Below, piece after piece: positions 21,427-33,311 of a stretch of 64,000 nucleotides of DNA; positions within the stretch are counted from its first letter, which is position 1; every line of letters begins with the position of its first letter. The stretch lies in contig OZ241322.1 of assembly GCA_965199715.1 (NCBI GenBank), positions 544,001 through 608,000 of the forward strand, read 5' to 3'. The position numbers and the translations under genes are program-made. The DNA comes from Vicinamibacteria bacterium (GTDB taxonomy: Bacteria; Acidobacteriota; Vicinamibacteria; Marinacidobacterales; Marinacidobacteraceae). The notes below the pieces were generated by a model. That model made no database searches and had not been told where the DNA came from. It worked only from the letters and a program-made list of their open reading frames with translations.

Positions 21427-22643
21427 CGCTGCTGCTCGTTCTCGCGCTCCTCCCCGCGGGCGAGGACTGGCCGCAGTGGCGGGGGCCGGCGCGCGACGGC
21501 GTGTCGAACGAGACGGGCCTTCTGGAAGCGTGGCCCGAGGGCGGGCCGCGCCTCGACTTTCGCGCGGACGGACTCGGCGAGGGGTACTCCTCGATCGCGG
21601 TCGCCGACGGGCGCATCCACACGCTGGGAATGCTGTCGGGGCGCGAGTGGGTCTTCGCGCTCGACGAGGAGACCGGCGCGACGCTGTGGTCCACCCCGCA
21701 CGCCGACGAGTTCAACGACTGGCGCGGCGACGGCCCGCGCAGCGTCCCCACGGTCGCGCACGGCCGCGTCCACGCGCTCGGCGCGAGCGGGCGCCTCAGC
21801 GTGCTCGAGGCCGCGACCGGGCAACTCGTGTGGAGCCGCAACCTGCTCGACGACTTCGGGGCGCGCAACATCAGTTGGGGGATCAGCGAGTCGCCGCTCG
21901 TGCTCGACGACCGCATCCTCGTCTCGCCGGGCGCGCGGCGCGCCGGGTTCGCGGCGCTCGACCGCCGCACCGGCGAGACGCTGTGGACCGCCGCCGGCGA
22001 CGAGGCCGGCTACGCCTCGCCGATCCCGGTGGACCTCGAGGGGGCTCCGCACGTCGCGTTCTTCAGCGGCGAGCGGGCGGTCGGGATCCGGGCGAGTGAC
22101 GGCGAGATCCTGTGGAGCTACGACCGCGCCTCGAACGGGACCGCGAACATCGCGACCCCGATCCTGGTCTCGAACGCGGGCGGGACGGCGCGCCTGTTCG
22201 TGACCTCCGACTACGGCGCCGGCGGCGGACTGATCGAGCTGCGGGCCGGCCCGGACGGCTCGGTCGCGGCCTCCGAGCTCTGGTTCACCCGGAACCTGCG
22301 GGCGCACCACGCGACCCCTATCCTGCATGACGGGACGCTGTACGGCTTCTCCGGCTCGATCCTGACCGCGCTCGGCGCCGGCGACGGCGAAATCCGCTGG
22401 CGCGACCGCGGCTTCCCCAAGGGAGCGCTCGCGTTCGCCGACGGGCGGTTCTTCCTGGTGAGCGAGCGCGGCGACGTGGCGCTGATGGAGCCGTCGAGGT
22501 CCGGCTACGTCGAGCGCGGGCGGTTCCGGTTCCCCGAAGCGGACCGGTCGCGCCGGGACTTGTGGTCGCACCCGGTCGTCGCGAACGGACGGCTCTACGT
22601 CCGGGACCAGGACGCGCTGCTCGGCTGGAGCGTGCGACGATGA
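21423..22643 (+). CDS. PQQ-binding-like beta-propeller protein
   Basis: DWPQWRGP, GYSS, GPRSVP, WSHPVVANGRLYVRD. Confidence 0.88.
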   Translation: MTLLLVLALLPAGEDWPQWRGPARDGVSNETGLLEAWPEGGPRLDFRADGLGEGYSSIAVADGRIHTLGMLSGREWVFALDEETGATLWSTPHADEFNDWRGDGPRSVPTVAHGRVHALGASGRLSVLEAATGQLVWSRNLLDDFGARNISWGISESPLVLDDRILVSPGARRAGFAALDRRTGETLWTAAGDEAGYASPIPVDLEGAPHVAFFSGERAVGIRASDGEILWSYDRASNGTANIATPILVSNAGGTARLFVTSDYGAGGGLIELRAGPDGSVAASELWFTRNLRAHHATPILHDGTLYGFSGSILTALGAGDGEIRWRDRGFPKGALAFADGRFFLVSERGDVALMEPSRSGYVERGRFRFPEADRSRRDLWSHPVVANGRLYVRDQDALLGWSVRR

Positions 22644-22663
22644 GGGGTCCGTAGGATTCGCGG

Positions 22664-23401
22664 GTGGCCCAGTACGACCGCATCGCGAGCGCGTACCGGG
22701 AGTCCAAGCGCCTGCGGTTCCGGACTGCGATCGAGCGGTTCACGCTCTTCGAGACTCTCGGCGACGTCCGCGGGCGGACCGTGCTGGATCTCGCGTGCGG
22801 CGAGGGCCACTACGCCCGCCTGCTCCTGCGGGCGGGCGCGACGGCGGTCACCGGCGTGGATGTCTCGCCGGGGATGATCGCGCTGGCGAAGGCCGAGGAG
22901 CGCCGGGAGCCGCTCGGCGCGCGGTACGTGCGCGCCGGCGCGGCGGACTACCGGGCGGACGAACCGGCGGACTTCGTGATCGCGATGTTCCTGCTCTCCT
23001 ACGCCGGGACGAAGGAGAAGCTCGTCCGATTCCTGGAGGCGTGCCACGACTCCCTCAAGCCGGGCGGTCGGCTGGTCGGCTTCAACGACAACGTCCTCCG
23101 GCCGCCGAGCGGAACCGAGTCGCGGCGCAAGTACGGGTTCGAGCGGACCGGTCCGGCGGTCGCGATGGCGGGCTCCCCGATCCGCTACCGCTTCTACGCC
23201 GCGGACGGGAGCTTCTTCGAATTCGAGAACGTCTTCCTGCCGCCGGCGACATGGAAGGAGGCGTTCGAGGAGGCCGGGTTCCCCGATCTCCGGTGGCCTA
23301 TCGTGCGCCTTGATCCCGAGGAGCGCGGCGACCCGTTCTGGGACGACTTCCTGGCCAACCCGCCGATCATCGGCTTCACGGCCTCCCGACCGGCGATCTG
23401 A
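22664..23401 (+). CDS. Class I SAM-dependent methyltransferase (ToxA-like), paralog 1
   Basis: VLDLACGEG, GVDVSPGMI, LKPGGRL. Confidence 0.88.
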   Translation: MAQYDRIASAYRESKRLRFRTAIERFTLFETLGDVRGRTVLDLACGEGHYARLLLRAGATAVTGVDVSPGMIALAKAEERREPLGARYVRAGAADYRADEPADFVIAMFLLSYAGTKEKLVRFLEACHDSLKPGGRLVGFNDNVLRPPSGTESRRKYGFERTGPAVAMAGSPIRYRFYAADGSFFEFENVFLPPATWKEAFEEAGFPDLRWPIVRLDPEERGDPFWDDFLANPPIIGFTASRPAI

Positions 23402-23427
23402 GAGGCGCCGGGCCTTACGATTGGCCT

Positions 23428-24171
23428 GTGGCGCACTACGACAGCATCGCGATGGCCTACCGGGACTCCAAGCGCCTGCCGTTCCGGGACGCCATCGAAC
23501 GGCACACGCTCTTCCGGTTGCTCGGGGACGTCCGCGGGCGGACCGTGCTCGACCTCGCGTGCGGCGAGGGGCACTACGCCCGCCAGATCAAGAAGGCCGG
23601 CGCGGCGGCGGTCACCGGCGTGGACGTATCCCCGGCGATGATCGTGCTGGCGCGGGCGCAGGACCGGCTGACGCGGCTGGACGTGCGCTACGCCGTGTCG
23701 GACGCGGCGGACTACCGACCGGACGAACCGGTGGATCTGGTCGTGGCGATGTACCTCCTGTCCTACGCGAAGACGCAGGGGAGGCTTCTGCGCTTCCTCA
23801 AGGCGTGCCACCGCGCCCTGAAGCCGGGCGGCAAGCTCGTCGGCTTCGTGGACAACGTCTTCGATCCGCCGGGAAGCGGGGAGACCCACAGGTGGCGGAG
23901 GCACGGTTTCGACAAGATCGGGCCGGCGGAACTGAAACCGGGGGCGCCCGTCCTCTACCGGTTCTACCCCCAGGGCGGCGAGCCGTTCGAGTTCACGAAC
24001 ATCTACTACCCGCCGCCGACGTGGGAGGAGGCGTTCCGGCGGGCCGGCTTCCCGGACCTCCGCTGGCCGATCCTCAAGCTGGAGCCCAAGGCGCGCGGCA
24101 ACCCGCTGTTCGCCCAGTTCATGGCGAGGCCACCGGTCATCGCCTTCACGGCCACCCGCCCCACCGCCTGA
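23428..24171 (+). CDS. Class I SAM-dependent methyltransferase (ToxA-like), paralog 2
   Basis: VLDLACGEG; colinear with paralog 1. Confidence 0.88.
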   Translation: MAHYDSIAMAYRDSKRLPFRDAIERHTLFRLLGDVRGRTVLDLACGEGHYARQIKKAGAAAVTGVDVSPAMIVLARAQDRLTRLDVRYAVSDAADYRPDEPVDLVVAMYLLSYAKTQGRLLRFLKACHRALKPGGKLVGFVDNVFDPPGSGETHRWRRHGFDKIGPAELKPGAPVLYRFYPQGGEPFEFTNIYYPPPTWEEAFRRAGFPDLRWPILKLEPKARGNPLFAQFMARPPVIAFTATRPTA

Positions 24172-24718
24172 CGCGGCCTGCGGGAATTCCCTTCGCCGGG
24201 GAACTTTCTTGCATTTCGCATCGTTATTGTGTACCGGGCACTATTCGATTCGGCGATCGTTTCGCGAGGGAGGAAGCAGCGCATGGGGTACCAACAGTTC
24301 GAATCCAACGAGGATTGGTTCCAGTGGCTCGGGGAGTGCTGCTTCGGGGGTCCGGAGCGGAAGCCTCGACCCGCCGCCGGGACCATCGGGAACGTCCGCG
24401 GTTGGATCCGGGTGAGCTTGCCCCGCTTTCGTGGACAGTTGACTATTTTGGATCCGCGGCGTGACGCGAGCTTCGTTCCCGCCGCCGGGCCGTGTTCCCG
24501 AGAGCCGGCCCCGCTGACGTGGACGGCTTCGAGAGCGAGGTCACACTCGGCGGCGCGGGCGGCCCCGAGACCGGAACCGACCGCCCGGATCGGCGAGGTT
24601 GCGTCTCCCCGCCAACCGCGCCTCGGCCCGAAGCGCCGCGCCCGCACCCCGCCAGGGGTGCGGCGCGCAGGGCCGAGGCCCGTCGCCCGCTCGTCCCGCG
24701 GCTGCGCTCCCGACCCGC

Positions 24719-25567
24719 TCATGCCGGCCCCCCGAAGCGCCGCTCGCACTCCATCGGCGACTCGTACCCCAGCGCCGAGCGCCGACGCCGCGGGTCGCGC
24801 CACCCCTCGATGAACGCGAACGCCTCACGCCGCGCCGCCTCCGGGTCCGCCAGCGGAACCACCTCCAGCAGCTCGCACTCCAGCGTCGCGAAGAACGACT
24901 CCGCCATCGCGTTGTCGTAGCAGTCCCCCGCCGACCCCATCGACGGACGCACCCCCGCCCGCCGGCACAACGCCCCGAACGCCGCCGACGCGCACTGGCT
25001 CCCCTGGTCCGAGTGGCGGACCGCTTCCGTGGGACGCCGCCGCGCTGCCGCCATCTCCAGCGCGTCCAGCACCAGCGACGAGAACAGCCGCAGCCTCATC
25101 GCCCGGCCCACCACCCGCCGGCTGAAGGCGTCCACCACCGCCGCCAGGCACATCGTCCCTCTCCCCGTAGGGACATACGTCACGTCCGCCACCCACGGCC
25201 GGTTCGGCCCCTCCGCCCGGAAGTCCCGGTCCACGAGGTCCGGCGCCGGACGAGCCGCCGCCCCCCGCACCGTCGTGATCTCCCGCTTCCGCCGCGACGC
25301 GCCCCGAAGCCCCAGCGCCCGCATCAGCCGCGCCGCCCGCTTCCGACTCGCCCGCTCCCCCCGCGCCTGAAGCTCCGCGTGGACTCGCGGCGCCCCGTAC
25401 GCCTCCCGGTTGTCCCGTTGGATCGCGCCGATCTCCTCCTTCAACGCCGCGTCCCCGAGCGCCCGCGCCGACGGCTCCCGGTCCAGCGAGGCGTGGAACC
25501 CGCTGCGGGAGACCTCCAGCACGCGGGCCGTCGTCGCGGTCGGATACACGGCCTGGCGCGCCTTCAT
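24719..25567 (-). CDS. IS3 transposase OrfB (DDE), eroded motifs
   Basis: YGAPRV, WVADVTY, HSDQGSQ, DNAMAESFF. Confidence 0.88.
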   Translation of the reverse strand: MKARQAVYPTATTARVLEVSRSGFHASLDREPSARALGDAALKEEIGAIQRDNREAYGAPRVHAELQARGERASRKRAARLMRALGLRGASRRKREITTVRGAAARPAPDLVDRDFRAEGPNRPWVADVTYVPTGRGTMCLAAVVDAFSRRVVGRAMRLRLFSSLVLDALEMAAARRRPTEAVRHSDQGSQCASAAFGALCRRAGVRPSMGSAGDCYDNAMAESFFATLECELLEVVPLADPEAARREAFAFIEGWRDPRRRRSALGYESPMECERRFGGPA

Positions 25568-25872
25568 GAACCTCCATCCTCGGAGATGGTCTCCCGGGCG
25601 AACCAGGCCGCGGCTTTTTTCAGGATCTCCAGCTCCAGCGCCTGCTGGGCGACCTTCCGGCGCAGGGCGCGGTTCTCCTCGCGCTCCGCCCGCGTCCAGC
25701 CCGCGGCGTCGCGGCCCTCAGCCGCGTCCGCCGCCCGCACCCAGTCGCGGATGGTCCCCGCCGTCGGCTCGAACTCCCGCGCCAGAGCCTCCGGACTCCG
25801 GCCCGAACGCGCCAGCTCCACCAGCCGCGCCCGGTGCTCCGCCGCGTACCGCGGCCGCTTCTTCGTGCTCAT
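25564..25872 (-). CDS. IS3 transposase OrfA (HTH)
   Basis: RYAAEHRARLVEL, LELEILKKAAAWFARE; CTGAAAAAAGCC -1 frameshift signal near 25614-25621 leads into the orfB frame. Confidence 0.9.
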   Translation of the reverse strand: MSTKKRPRYAAEHRARLVELARSGRSPEALAREFEPTAGTIRDWVRAADAAEGRDAAGWTRAEREENRALRRKVAQQALELEILKKAAAWFARETISEDGGS

Positions 25873-26062
25873 CGGGGACTCCTCCTCCAAAGAAGTTAGG
25901 CGTCCACGAAACCGGGGCAACTCCAGTGGGGTAAAGAAGGGCCCTCAGGGCGTGCCGGGGAAGACTCCAAGCGTCGCGGCGACGATCCTCAAATAGAGAG
26001 TCCTCGTCGCCCCGGGCTGAGCCGTCTTGTCCCCTGCCCGACCCTCGGCTACTGTCGCCGGC

Positions 26063-27284
<1,222 letters not shown>

Positions 27285-27304
<20 letters not shown>

Positions 27305-28004
27305 CGGCCTCCTCCCCGAGCGCCCGCTCGCCGACGCGGCCAAGCCAGCGAACCAGCGGGATCGTCGCCGCGATCCCGACGATCGTCAGCGCCCCCGAGA
27401 GCGTCGCGCCGCCGCGGGCCATCTCGACCCCGGCCCGTCCGGCGGCCCCGAGATGCGCGAACAGCAGCGCCCCCGGCCCGACGCCGAGCGCGGTTCCGAG
27501 CACGTAGTCGCGGACGCGCACCCGGGTGAACGCCCAGCCGAAGTTCTGCACCGCGAACGGGAACACCGGCGAGAGCCGGGCGAGGAACACCGTTCCCGGC
27601 CCGGCCGAGCCAAACGCCCGGGAGAGCGCCTCGAACCGGGGGAACCGGCGGAGCAGCCAGCGGCGCAGTCGCCCGAGGAGCAGCCGCCCGAGCGCGAAGG
27701 CGATGAGCGCCCCGACTCCGTTCCCGATCCACGCCGCCGCGAGGCCCTTCGAGAAGCCGAAGAGATAGCCCGCCGCGACGCAAAACGGCGAGCTCGGCAG
27801 CGCGAACCCCACCGCGATCGCCATGACCAGCGCGAAGGCGGGCAGGCTCTTCGGCGCCCATTCGAGCACCGAGCCCCCGTCGGCGTCGCCGCGCACAAGC
27901 AGCGGCAGCGCGACCGCGTTCAGGCAGAACAGCAGCAGCAGCCAGAAGCGCCAGTCGCGCAAGCGCCCGCTCGACGCGAGACGCTCAGAACCGACGGGAG
28001 GCAT
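27285..28004 (-). CDS. TVP38/TMEM64 (VTT domain) membrane protein
   Basis: [24 protein letters not shown]. Confidence 0.82.
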
Positions 28005-29463
28005 CGCGGGGCCAGCGCTCCACCACCACCTTGGTCTGGGTGTAGAATTCCACCGCGTGCGCGCCTTGGGCGTGCAGGTCGCCGAAGAAGCTGCCGCGCC
28101 AGCCGCTGAACGGGAAGAACGCCATCGGCGCCGCCACCCCGACGTTGATCCCGACGTTGCCGGTGAGCACTTCGCGCCGGAACCGCCGGGCGGTGCGGCC
28201 GTCGCCGGTGAACACGGAAGCCATGTTCCCGTAGTCGCCGCCGTTCACGAAGCGGATCGCCTCCTCCACGTCCGGCGCGCGGATCACGCCGAGCACCGGG
28301 CCGAAAATTTCGGTCCCGGCCACGTCGCCGTCGGGGGACAGGTCGTCCAGCACCGTGGGGCCGACGAAGTACCCCCGCAGGCCCTCGACCCGGAAGCCGC
28401 GCCCGTCCACGGCCGCCTCGGCCCCCTCGCCTTCCACGGCCGCGCCGATCAGCGACTCGATCCGGTCCCGGCTCTCGCCCCGGATCACCGGCCCCATGTC
28501 CACCGAGTCGTCGAGACCGGAACCCACCACGCGGGTGCGGGCGGCCTCGGCGATCGCGTCGCGGAAGGGCTCGTGGGCGTCCCCGACCGTCACCGCCAGC
28601 GAGGCGGCGAGGCAACGCTGGCCGGCGCAGCCGAAGGCGCTGTCCGCCACCGCGCTCACGACCGAATCCACCTCGGCGTCGGGAAGGATCACCACCGGAT
28701 TCTTGGCGCCGCCCTGGCACTGGACCCGCTTCCCGTTCGCCGCGGCCCGCGCATAGACGGCGCGCGCCACGTCGGAGGAGCCGACGAAGCTGACCGCCGC
28801 CACGTCGGGATGGTCGAGCAGCGACTCCACGGCCGCCCGCCCGCCGTGCACGAGCTGCACCACCCCCCGGGGCAGATCCGCCTCCTCGAGCAGCCGCGCG
28901 ACGAACTCCATCGTGAGCGGGGTTTTCTCGGAAGGCTTGAGCACGACCGCGTTCCCGCAGGCCACCGCGTACGGCAGGAACCAGAACGGGATCATCGCCG
29001 GGAAGTTGAACGGCGCGATCACCGCCACGACGCCCACCGGCTGGCGCACCATGAACTCATCGATCCCGCGGGCGACGTCCTCGAGCATGCGCCCTTGCAT
29101 CAGCGTCGGGATCCCGCAGGCCACCTCCACGTTCTCGACGGCGCGGCGCACCTCGCCCCGGGACTCGGCGAGGGTCTTTCCGCACTCGCGGGTCACCAGG
29201 CGCGCGATCTCCTCGAAGTCCCGCTCGAGGAGCGCCTTGAGTCGGAACAGCGGCTGCACCCGGTCGGTCGGGGGCGCGTCCCGCCATGCGGGGAGCGCGG
29301 CGGAAGCGGCCTCGACCGCCCGCCCCACGTCCTCGGGACCGCCGAGCGGCGTGCGGGCGAGCAGGCGCCCGGTGGCGGGATCCCGGACGTCGAGGGCGTC
29401 GGTGGCCGCGGACGGCGTCCAGCCTCCGGAGATGTAGTTGCGAAGCGTCCGAATCCGGGACAT
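27985..29463 (-). CDS. mmsA: CoA-acylating methylmalonate-semialdehyde dehydrogenase
   Basis: [40 protein letters not shown]. Confidence 0.9.
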   Translation of the reverse strand: MSRIRTLRNYISGGWTPSAATDALDVRDPATGRLLARTPLGGPEDVGRAVEAASAALPAWRDAPPTDRVQPLFRLKALLERDFEEIARLVTRECGKTLAESRGEVRRAVENVEVACGIPTLMQGRMLEDVARGIDEFMVRQPVGVVAVIAPFNFPAMIPFWFLPYAVACGNAVVLKPSEKTPLTMEFVARLLEEADLPRGVVQLVHGGRAAVESLLDHPDVAAVSFVGSSDVARAVYARAAANGKRVQCQGGAKNPVVILPDAEVDSVVSAVADSAFGCAGQRCLAASLAVTVGDAHEPFRDAIAEAARTRVVGSGLDDSVDMGPVIRGESRDRIESLIGAAVEGEGAEAAVDGRGFRVEGLRGYFVGPTVLDDLSPDGDVAGTEIFGPVLGVIRAPDVEEAIRFVNGGDYGNMASVFTGDGRTARRFRREVLTGNVGINVGVAAPMAFFPFSGWRGSFFGDLHAQGAHAVEFYTQTKVVVERWPRDASRRF

Positions 29464-29489
29464 GGGCCACGCATAGGATACGCGGCGGC

Positions 29490-31745
29490 ATGACTTTCTT
29501 GCTCCTCGCCCTCGCGTCCGCGTCGGCTCCCGAGGTCGGCTTGCTGCCCCAAGGCGCCGACGCTCCGATCGTGGACGGGATCGTGGACGACGCCGCTTGG
29601 GCGGGGCTGGATCCGTTCACCGGCTTCATCCAGCAGGAGCCGGACAACGGGGCGCCGGCGACCGAGCGCACCGAGGTGCGGCTGCTGCTGTCCGAGACCG
29701 CGCTCTACGTCGGGATCATCGCGTTCGACCGCGATCCCGACGGCGTGCTGGTCTCCGAGAGCCGGCGCGACGGAGACCTGAACGAATCGGACTCGGTGCA
29801 GATTGTCCTCGACACGTTCAACGACAGCCAGAACGGGTTCCTCTTCGGCACGAATCCCGAGGGGATCGAGTACGACGGCCAGATCGCCGGCGAGGGCGCC
29901 ACCGGCGGCTACAACCCGAGACCCGGGCAACGCGGCTCGCAGCGCGGCGGGGTCACCGGTTTCAACGCGAACTGGGACGGCGACTGGACCGTGCGGTCGA
30001 GGACCACGGCCCGCGGCTGGGAGACCGAGTTCGCGATCCCGCTGCGGACGCTGCGGTACCAGCCGGGAGACGAGCGCACCTGGGGCCTGAACGTGATGCG
30101 GAACATCCGGCGCAAGAACGAGCAGTCGTTCCTCGCGCCGATCCCCCGCGGCTCGAACATCTACCGCGTCTCGCTCGCCCGGAGGGTCCACGGCCTGCGG
30201 CTGCCGGGCCGGCGCGACGTCAAGGTGACCCCGTTCGCGCTCGGCGACGCGACCCGGAACGCGCTCGCGGTCAGCGAGGAAGCCCGCTCCAACGAGGGGT
30301 TCGACGCGGGGCTCGACGTCAAGTGGGGAGTCACCCCCAACCTGACGATCGATCTCACCGCGAACACCGACTTCGCTCAGGTGGAGGCCGACGACCAGCA
30401 GGTCAACCTGACCCGGTTCCCGCTCTTCTTCCCCGAGAAGCGGCCGTTCTTCCTCGAGAACGCCTCGACCTTCCAGTTCGGGGCGCCGCAGGAGGTGGAC
30501 CTCTTCTTCAGCCGGCGCATCGGGCTGAACGCCGGGCAGGCGGTCCCGATCCTCGGCGGCGCCCGGCTGTCCGGGAAGATGGGCGCGTTCAACATCGGCC
30601 TGATGAACATGCAGACCGGCGCCGCGTTCGACGCCGAGACCGGCGCGCTCTCGCTCGCCGCGAACAACTACGGGGTGGCGCGGATCCAGCGCGAGGTGGG
30701 CCGCTCCAACTTCGGCGGCATCCTCGTGAACCGGCAGGCGAACGGCGACTGGGCCGAGGGGGACGACTGGAACCGGGCGTTCGGGGCGGATGCGGCGATC
30801 CAGTTGGCCGAGAACACCCGCTTCTTCAGCTTCCTCGCGAAGACCAGCTCGCCGGGCGCAACCGACGGCGGCGATGTCGCCGGGCGGGCGTTCCTGAACC
30901 ACATCGGACCGCTCCACCAGGGCCACGTCGGGTTCACGCAGGTCGGCGAAAACTTCAATCCCGAGGTCGGCTTCGTGCCGCGCCGGGGCTATCGGAAGTA
31001 CCAGTGGCGCTATTTCCTCGACTACCAGCCCACGGGGATCGAGGCCCTGTCGTGGTTGCGGCGGTACTCCCCGCACGTCACCTGGAACGCCTTCTACGAC
31101 TTCGACGGCCAGATCCAGTCAGGGCGCGGACACTTCCACTTCATCGAGTTCCAGCCCAACTCGGGAGGGCGCTTCGGGTACTGGTTCGACACCATGGTGG
31201 ACGCGCCGACCCGGAACTTCCCCGTGTTCTCCGGCGCGGACGGGAACGAGGTGGTCATCGCGCCGGGCGAGCACCGCTGGCTCGTCCACAACGTGAACTA
31301 CATCGGCAACGCGAGCGCCCGCTTCTACCCGACGATCTACTGCCAGACCGGCGGGTTCTACGACGGGAACCAGCGGGGCTGCAACGTGAGCGTGAACGGC
31401 CGCGTGGGCGCCGTTTTCCAAGCGAGCGTCGGCTGGCGCCGGGACGTCGTCGAACTCCCCCACGGCGAGTTCACGAGCGACCTCGTGCCGATCCGGCTGA
31501 ACTACTCGTTCACGCCGCTGCGCCGGCTCGAGGCGCTCATCCAGTACAACAGCCAGACGGCCTCGGTCTCGTCGAACGTCCGCCTCGTGATGCTCGACCG
31601 GAGCGGAACGGGCCTGTTCCTCGTGTACAACGACATCCGGAACACGGCCTCGTTCGACCGGTTCGACTACGAGACGGGCTTGGAGTATCCGAACGTGCTC
31701 GGGCGCTCGTTCATCGTCAAGTACACCCGGCTGTTCGACTTCTGA
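29490..31745 (+). CDS. DUF5916 / CBM9-like exported (probable outer-membrane) protein
   Basis: [41 protein letters not shown]-terminal Phe. Confidence 0.82.
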   Translation: MTFLLLALASASAPEVGLLPQGADAPIVDGIVDDAAWAGLDPFTGFIQQEPDNGAPATERTEVRLLLSETALYVGIIAFDRDPDGVLVSESRRDGDLNESDSVQIVLDTFNDSQNGFLFGTNPEGIEYDGQIAGEGATGGYNPRPGQRGSQRGGVTGFNANWDGDWTVRSRTTARGWETEFAIPLRTLRYQPGDERTWGLNVMRNIRRKNEQSFLAPIPRGSNIYRVSLARRVHGLRLPGRRDVKVTPFALGDATRNALAVSEEARSNEGFDAGLDVKWGVTPNLTIDLTANTDFAQVEADDQQVNLTRFPLFFPEKRPFFLENASTFQFGAPQEVDLFFSRRIGLNAGQAVPILGGARLSGKMGAFNIGLMNMQTGAAFDAETGALSLAANNYGVARIQREVGRSNFGGILVNRQANGDWAEGDDWNRAFGADAAIQLAENTRFFSFLAKTSSPGATDGGDVAGRAFLNHIGPLHQGHVGFTQVGENFNPEVGFVPRRGYRKYQWRYFLDYQPTGIEALSWLRRYSPHVTWNAFYDFDGQIQSGRGHFHFIEFQPNSGGRFGYWFDTMVDAPTRNFPVFSGADGNEVVIAPGEHRWLVHNVNYIGNASARFYPTIYCQTGGFYDGNQRGCNVSVNGRVGAVFQASVGWRRDVVELPHGEFTSDLVPIRLNYSFTPLRRLEALIQYNSQTASVSSNVRLVMLDRSGTGLFLVYNDIRNTASFDRFDYETGLEYPNVLGRSFIVKYTRLFDF

Positions 31746-31749
31746 GCCG

Positions 31750-31974
31750 TCAGGATCCCGAGGGGATCCGGTCGAGCACTTCCGCGTGCTCCGGGAACCG
31801 GCTCGTCTCGTACTTCGAGTAGATGAGCTCGCCGTCGAGCTTGACGTCGAAGATCCCCTTCGAGCCCTCGATCAGCTCCGACTCGAGGCCGCGCCCTTCC
31901 TTGATGGCGGCCGCCAGACCGGCGGCCTGCGGAAGGTAGTTTCAAACGACGCAGTAGGTGATGGAAACCCGCAC
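31750..31974 (-). CDS. Rdx-family (SelT/SelW/SelH) selenoprotein, CxxU
   Basis: MRVSITYCVV-U(TGA 31942-31944)-NYLPQAAGL...GIFDV...IYSK...RFP; AAGGAGG RBS; hairpin after TGA. Confidence 0.9.
31911..31932 (-). promoter_or_regulatory. Putative bacterial SECIS element
   Basis: CCGC-AGGCC-GCC-GGTCT-G-GCGG stem-loop starting 9 nt after the UGA, G first in the apical loop. Confidence 0.65.
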
Positions 31975-32032
31975 GACACCCTCCTTCGGCCCCCTCGCGG
32001 GAACCCGGTGAAACGCTCCGCGCCGCCGGGGA

Positions 32033-32111
32033 TGGCGGGGCCGACGGGGCTCGAACCCGCGACCTCCGGCGTGACAGGCCGGCGCTCTGGACCAAACTGA
32101 GCTACGACCCC
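32033..32111 (-). tRNA. tRNA-Asp (GTC)
   Basis: GGGGTCG acceptor stem, CCGGC-CTGTCAC-GCCGG anticodon arm, GGTTCGAG T-loop, CCA end. Confidence 0.97.
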
Positions 32112-32227
32112 GGCTGTTGCCGGCGCGAAGCGAGCGAGGATTCTAGCAGCGCCGGGCCGGCGCGCTAAGCGAAATGCGTGCCAGAGGCGGCAAATCCCGG
32201 AGGCGTGGTACTATAGCCGGCCGCCCC

Positions 32228-32506
32228 ATGCGCCTGACCCGGAACCAAATCCATTTTCTTGGATACAAGATCACCGATCAGTTGCACGTGAAGGGGCTGA
32301 TCGAGCCGGAGGATCCGGACGCGCTGGTGGAGTCGGTCGTGGAGCTCATCACCGAGAACCTGCGTCAGGAGGACGAGCTGAACGAGGAGGTCCGCAAGCT
32401 GCTCGACAAGTACGGGGAGCAGATCCGGACGGGGGGCGCCGAGTACCGCGAGATGTTCAAACTCGTCAAGAAGCGCATGGCGCGGGAGCAGGGAATCATC
32501 CTCTGA
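32228..32506 (+). CDS. DUF507 family protein
   Basis: MRLTRNQI...EDELNEEVRKLL...MFKLVKK. Confidence 0.8.
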   Translation: MRLTRNQIHFLGYKITDQLHVKGLIEPEDPDALVESVVELITENLRQEDELNEEVRKLLDKYGEQIRTGGAEYREMFKLVKKRMAREQGIIL

Positions 32507-32513
32507 CGGCCCC

Positions 32514-32816
32514 ATGCGACTCACGAACGGCAAGATCAACGACCTCGCGAACCAGATCCTCGACCTGCTGCGGGCCGACGACAGCGTCGAGTTCTACGCC
32601 GAGGACCGCGAGATCCGCCGCGAGGTGACGCAGGTGATCAACAAGGAGCTCGAGGACGACGAGCGCATCGACCAGATCGTCCGGCGCAAGATCGACAGCC
32701 AGGGCCGGGCCGTCCAGCAGGGCACCGAGAACTGGGAGATCCTCTACCGGCGCTACTACGACGAGGAAATGGTGAAGTCGCGGCGCTACGTCCCCGGCGA
32801 GGAGCGCGAGGAGTAG
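32514..32816 (+). CDS. DUF507 family protein (second of pair)
   Basis: MRLTNGKI...VRRKIDSQ...GTENWEILYRRYYDEE. Confidence 0.82.
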   Translation: MRLTNGKINDLANQILDLLRADDSVEFYAEDREIRREVTQVINKELEDDERIDQIVRRKIDSQGRAVQQGTENWEILYRRYYDEEMVKSRRYVPGEEREE

Positions 32817-32861
32817 CGCCGCCGGGACGCCGGCCCGAAGACCGGCGCCCTCTTCCCGGGG

Positions 32862-33311
32862 TCAGTGGACGCTGACCTCGATCCTCCGCGGCTGCGCCTT
32901 CTCCAGCTTCGGCAGGGAGACGGTGAGCACGCCGTCCTTCGACTCCGCCCGGATGCGCGACGCGTCCACGGTCTCCGGGATGCGGAACGAACGGCGGAAC
33001 GTGGCCGCGGCCCGCTCGCGCCGGGTCCAGCGCACGGCGGCGGGCGCCGCGCCCGGAGCCCGCTTCGCCTCCACGGTCAGGCGACCGTCGTGGAACTCGA
33101 CCGTGGCGGCGTCCTTCGGCACGCCCGGCAGGTCCACCTCGATCAGGAACTCGCTTCCGGCGTCGCGGACGTCCACGGCCGGAGCGCAGACGCAGTCGCC
33201 GATTTCGGGCGCGTCGTCCTTGCGGATCGCCCGGGGAAGGAGCGGCCAGCCGAACAGCGGCTGCGCGCGGAAGCCCCCGAGGGGGCGGTTGAACAGGGTC
33301 AATTCGGTCAT
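32862..33311 (-). CDS. Hsp20/alpha-crystallin small heat-shock protein
   Basis: PAVDV, DLPGV, FRRSFRIP, DGVLTVSLPK; AAAGGAGG RBS. Confidence 0.9.
   Translation of the reverse strand: MTELTLFNRPLGGFRAQPLFGWPLLPRAIRKDDAPEIGDCVCAPAVDVRDAGSEFLIEVDLPGVPKDAATVEFHDGRLTVEAKRAPGAAPAAVRWTRRERAAATFRRSFRIPETVDASRIRAESKDGVLTVSLPKLEKAQPRRIEVSVH

Larger units (their letters stand above)
24413..25925 (-). mobile_element. IS3-family insertion sequence
   Basis: Terminal inverted repeats TGAGCTTGCCCCGCTTTCGTGGAC and GTCCACGAAACCGGGGCAACTCCA (TG...CA); orfA/orfB with A6G slippery site. Confidence 0.92.

Noticed and set aside
22664-24171. GRINS-like homogenisation in the tandem methyltransferases
   Set aside because: Shared segments carry many synonymous differences and no obvious skew; looks like an older duplication
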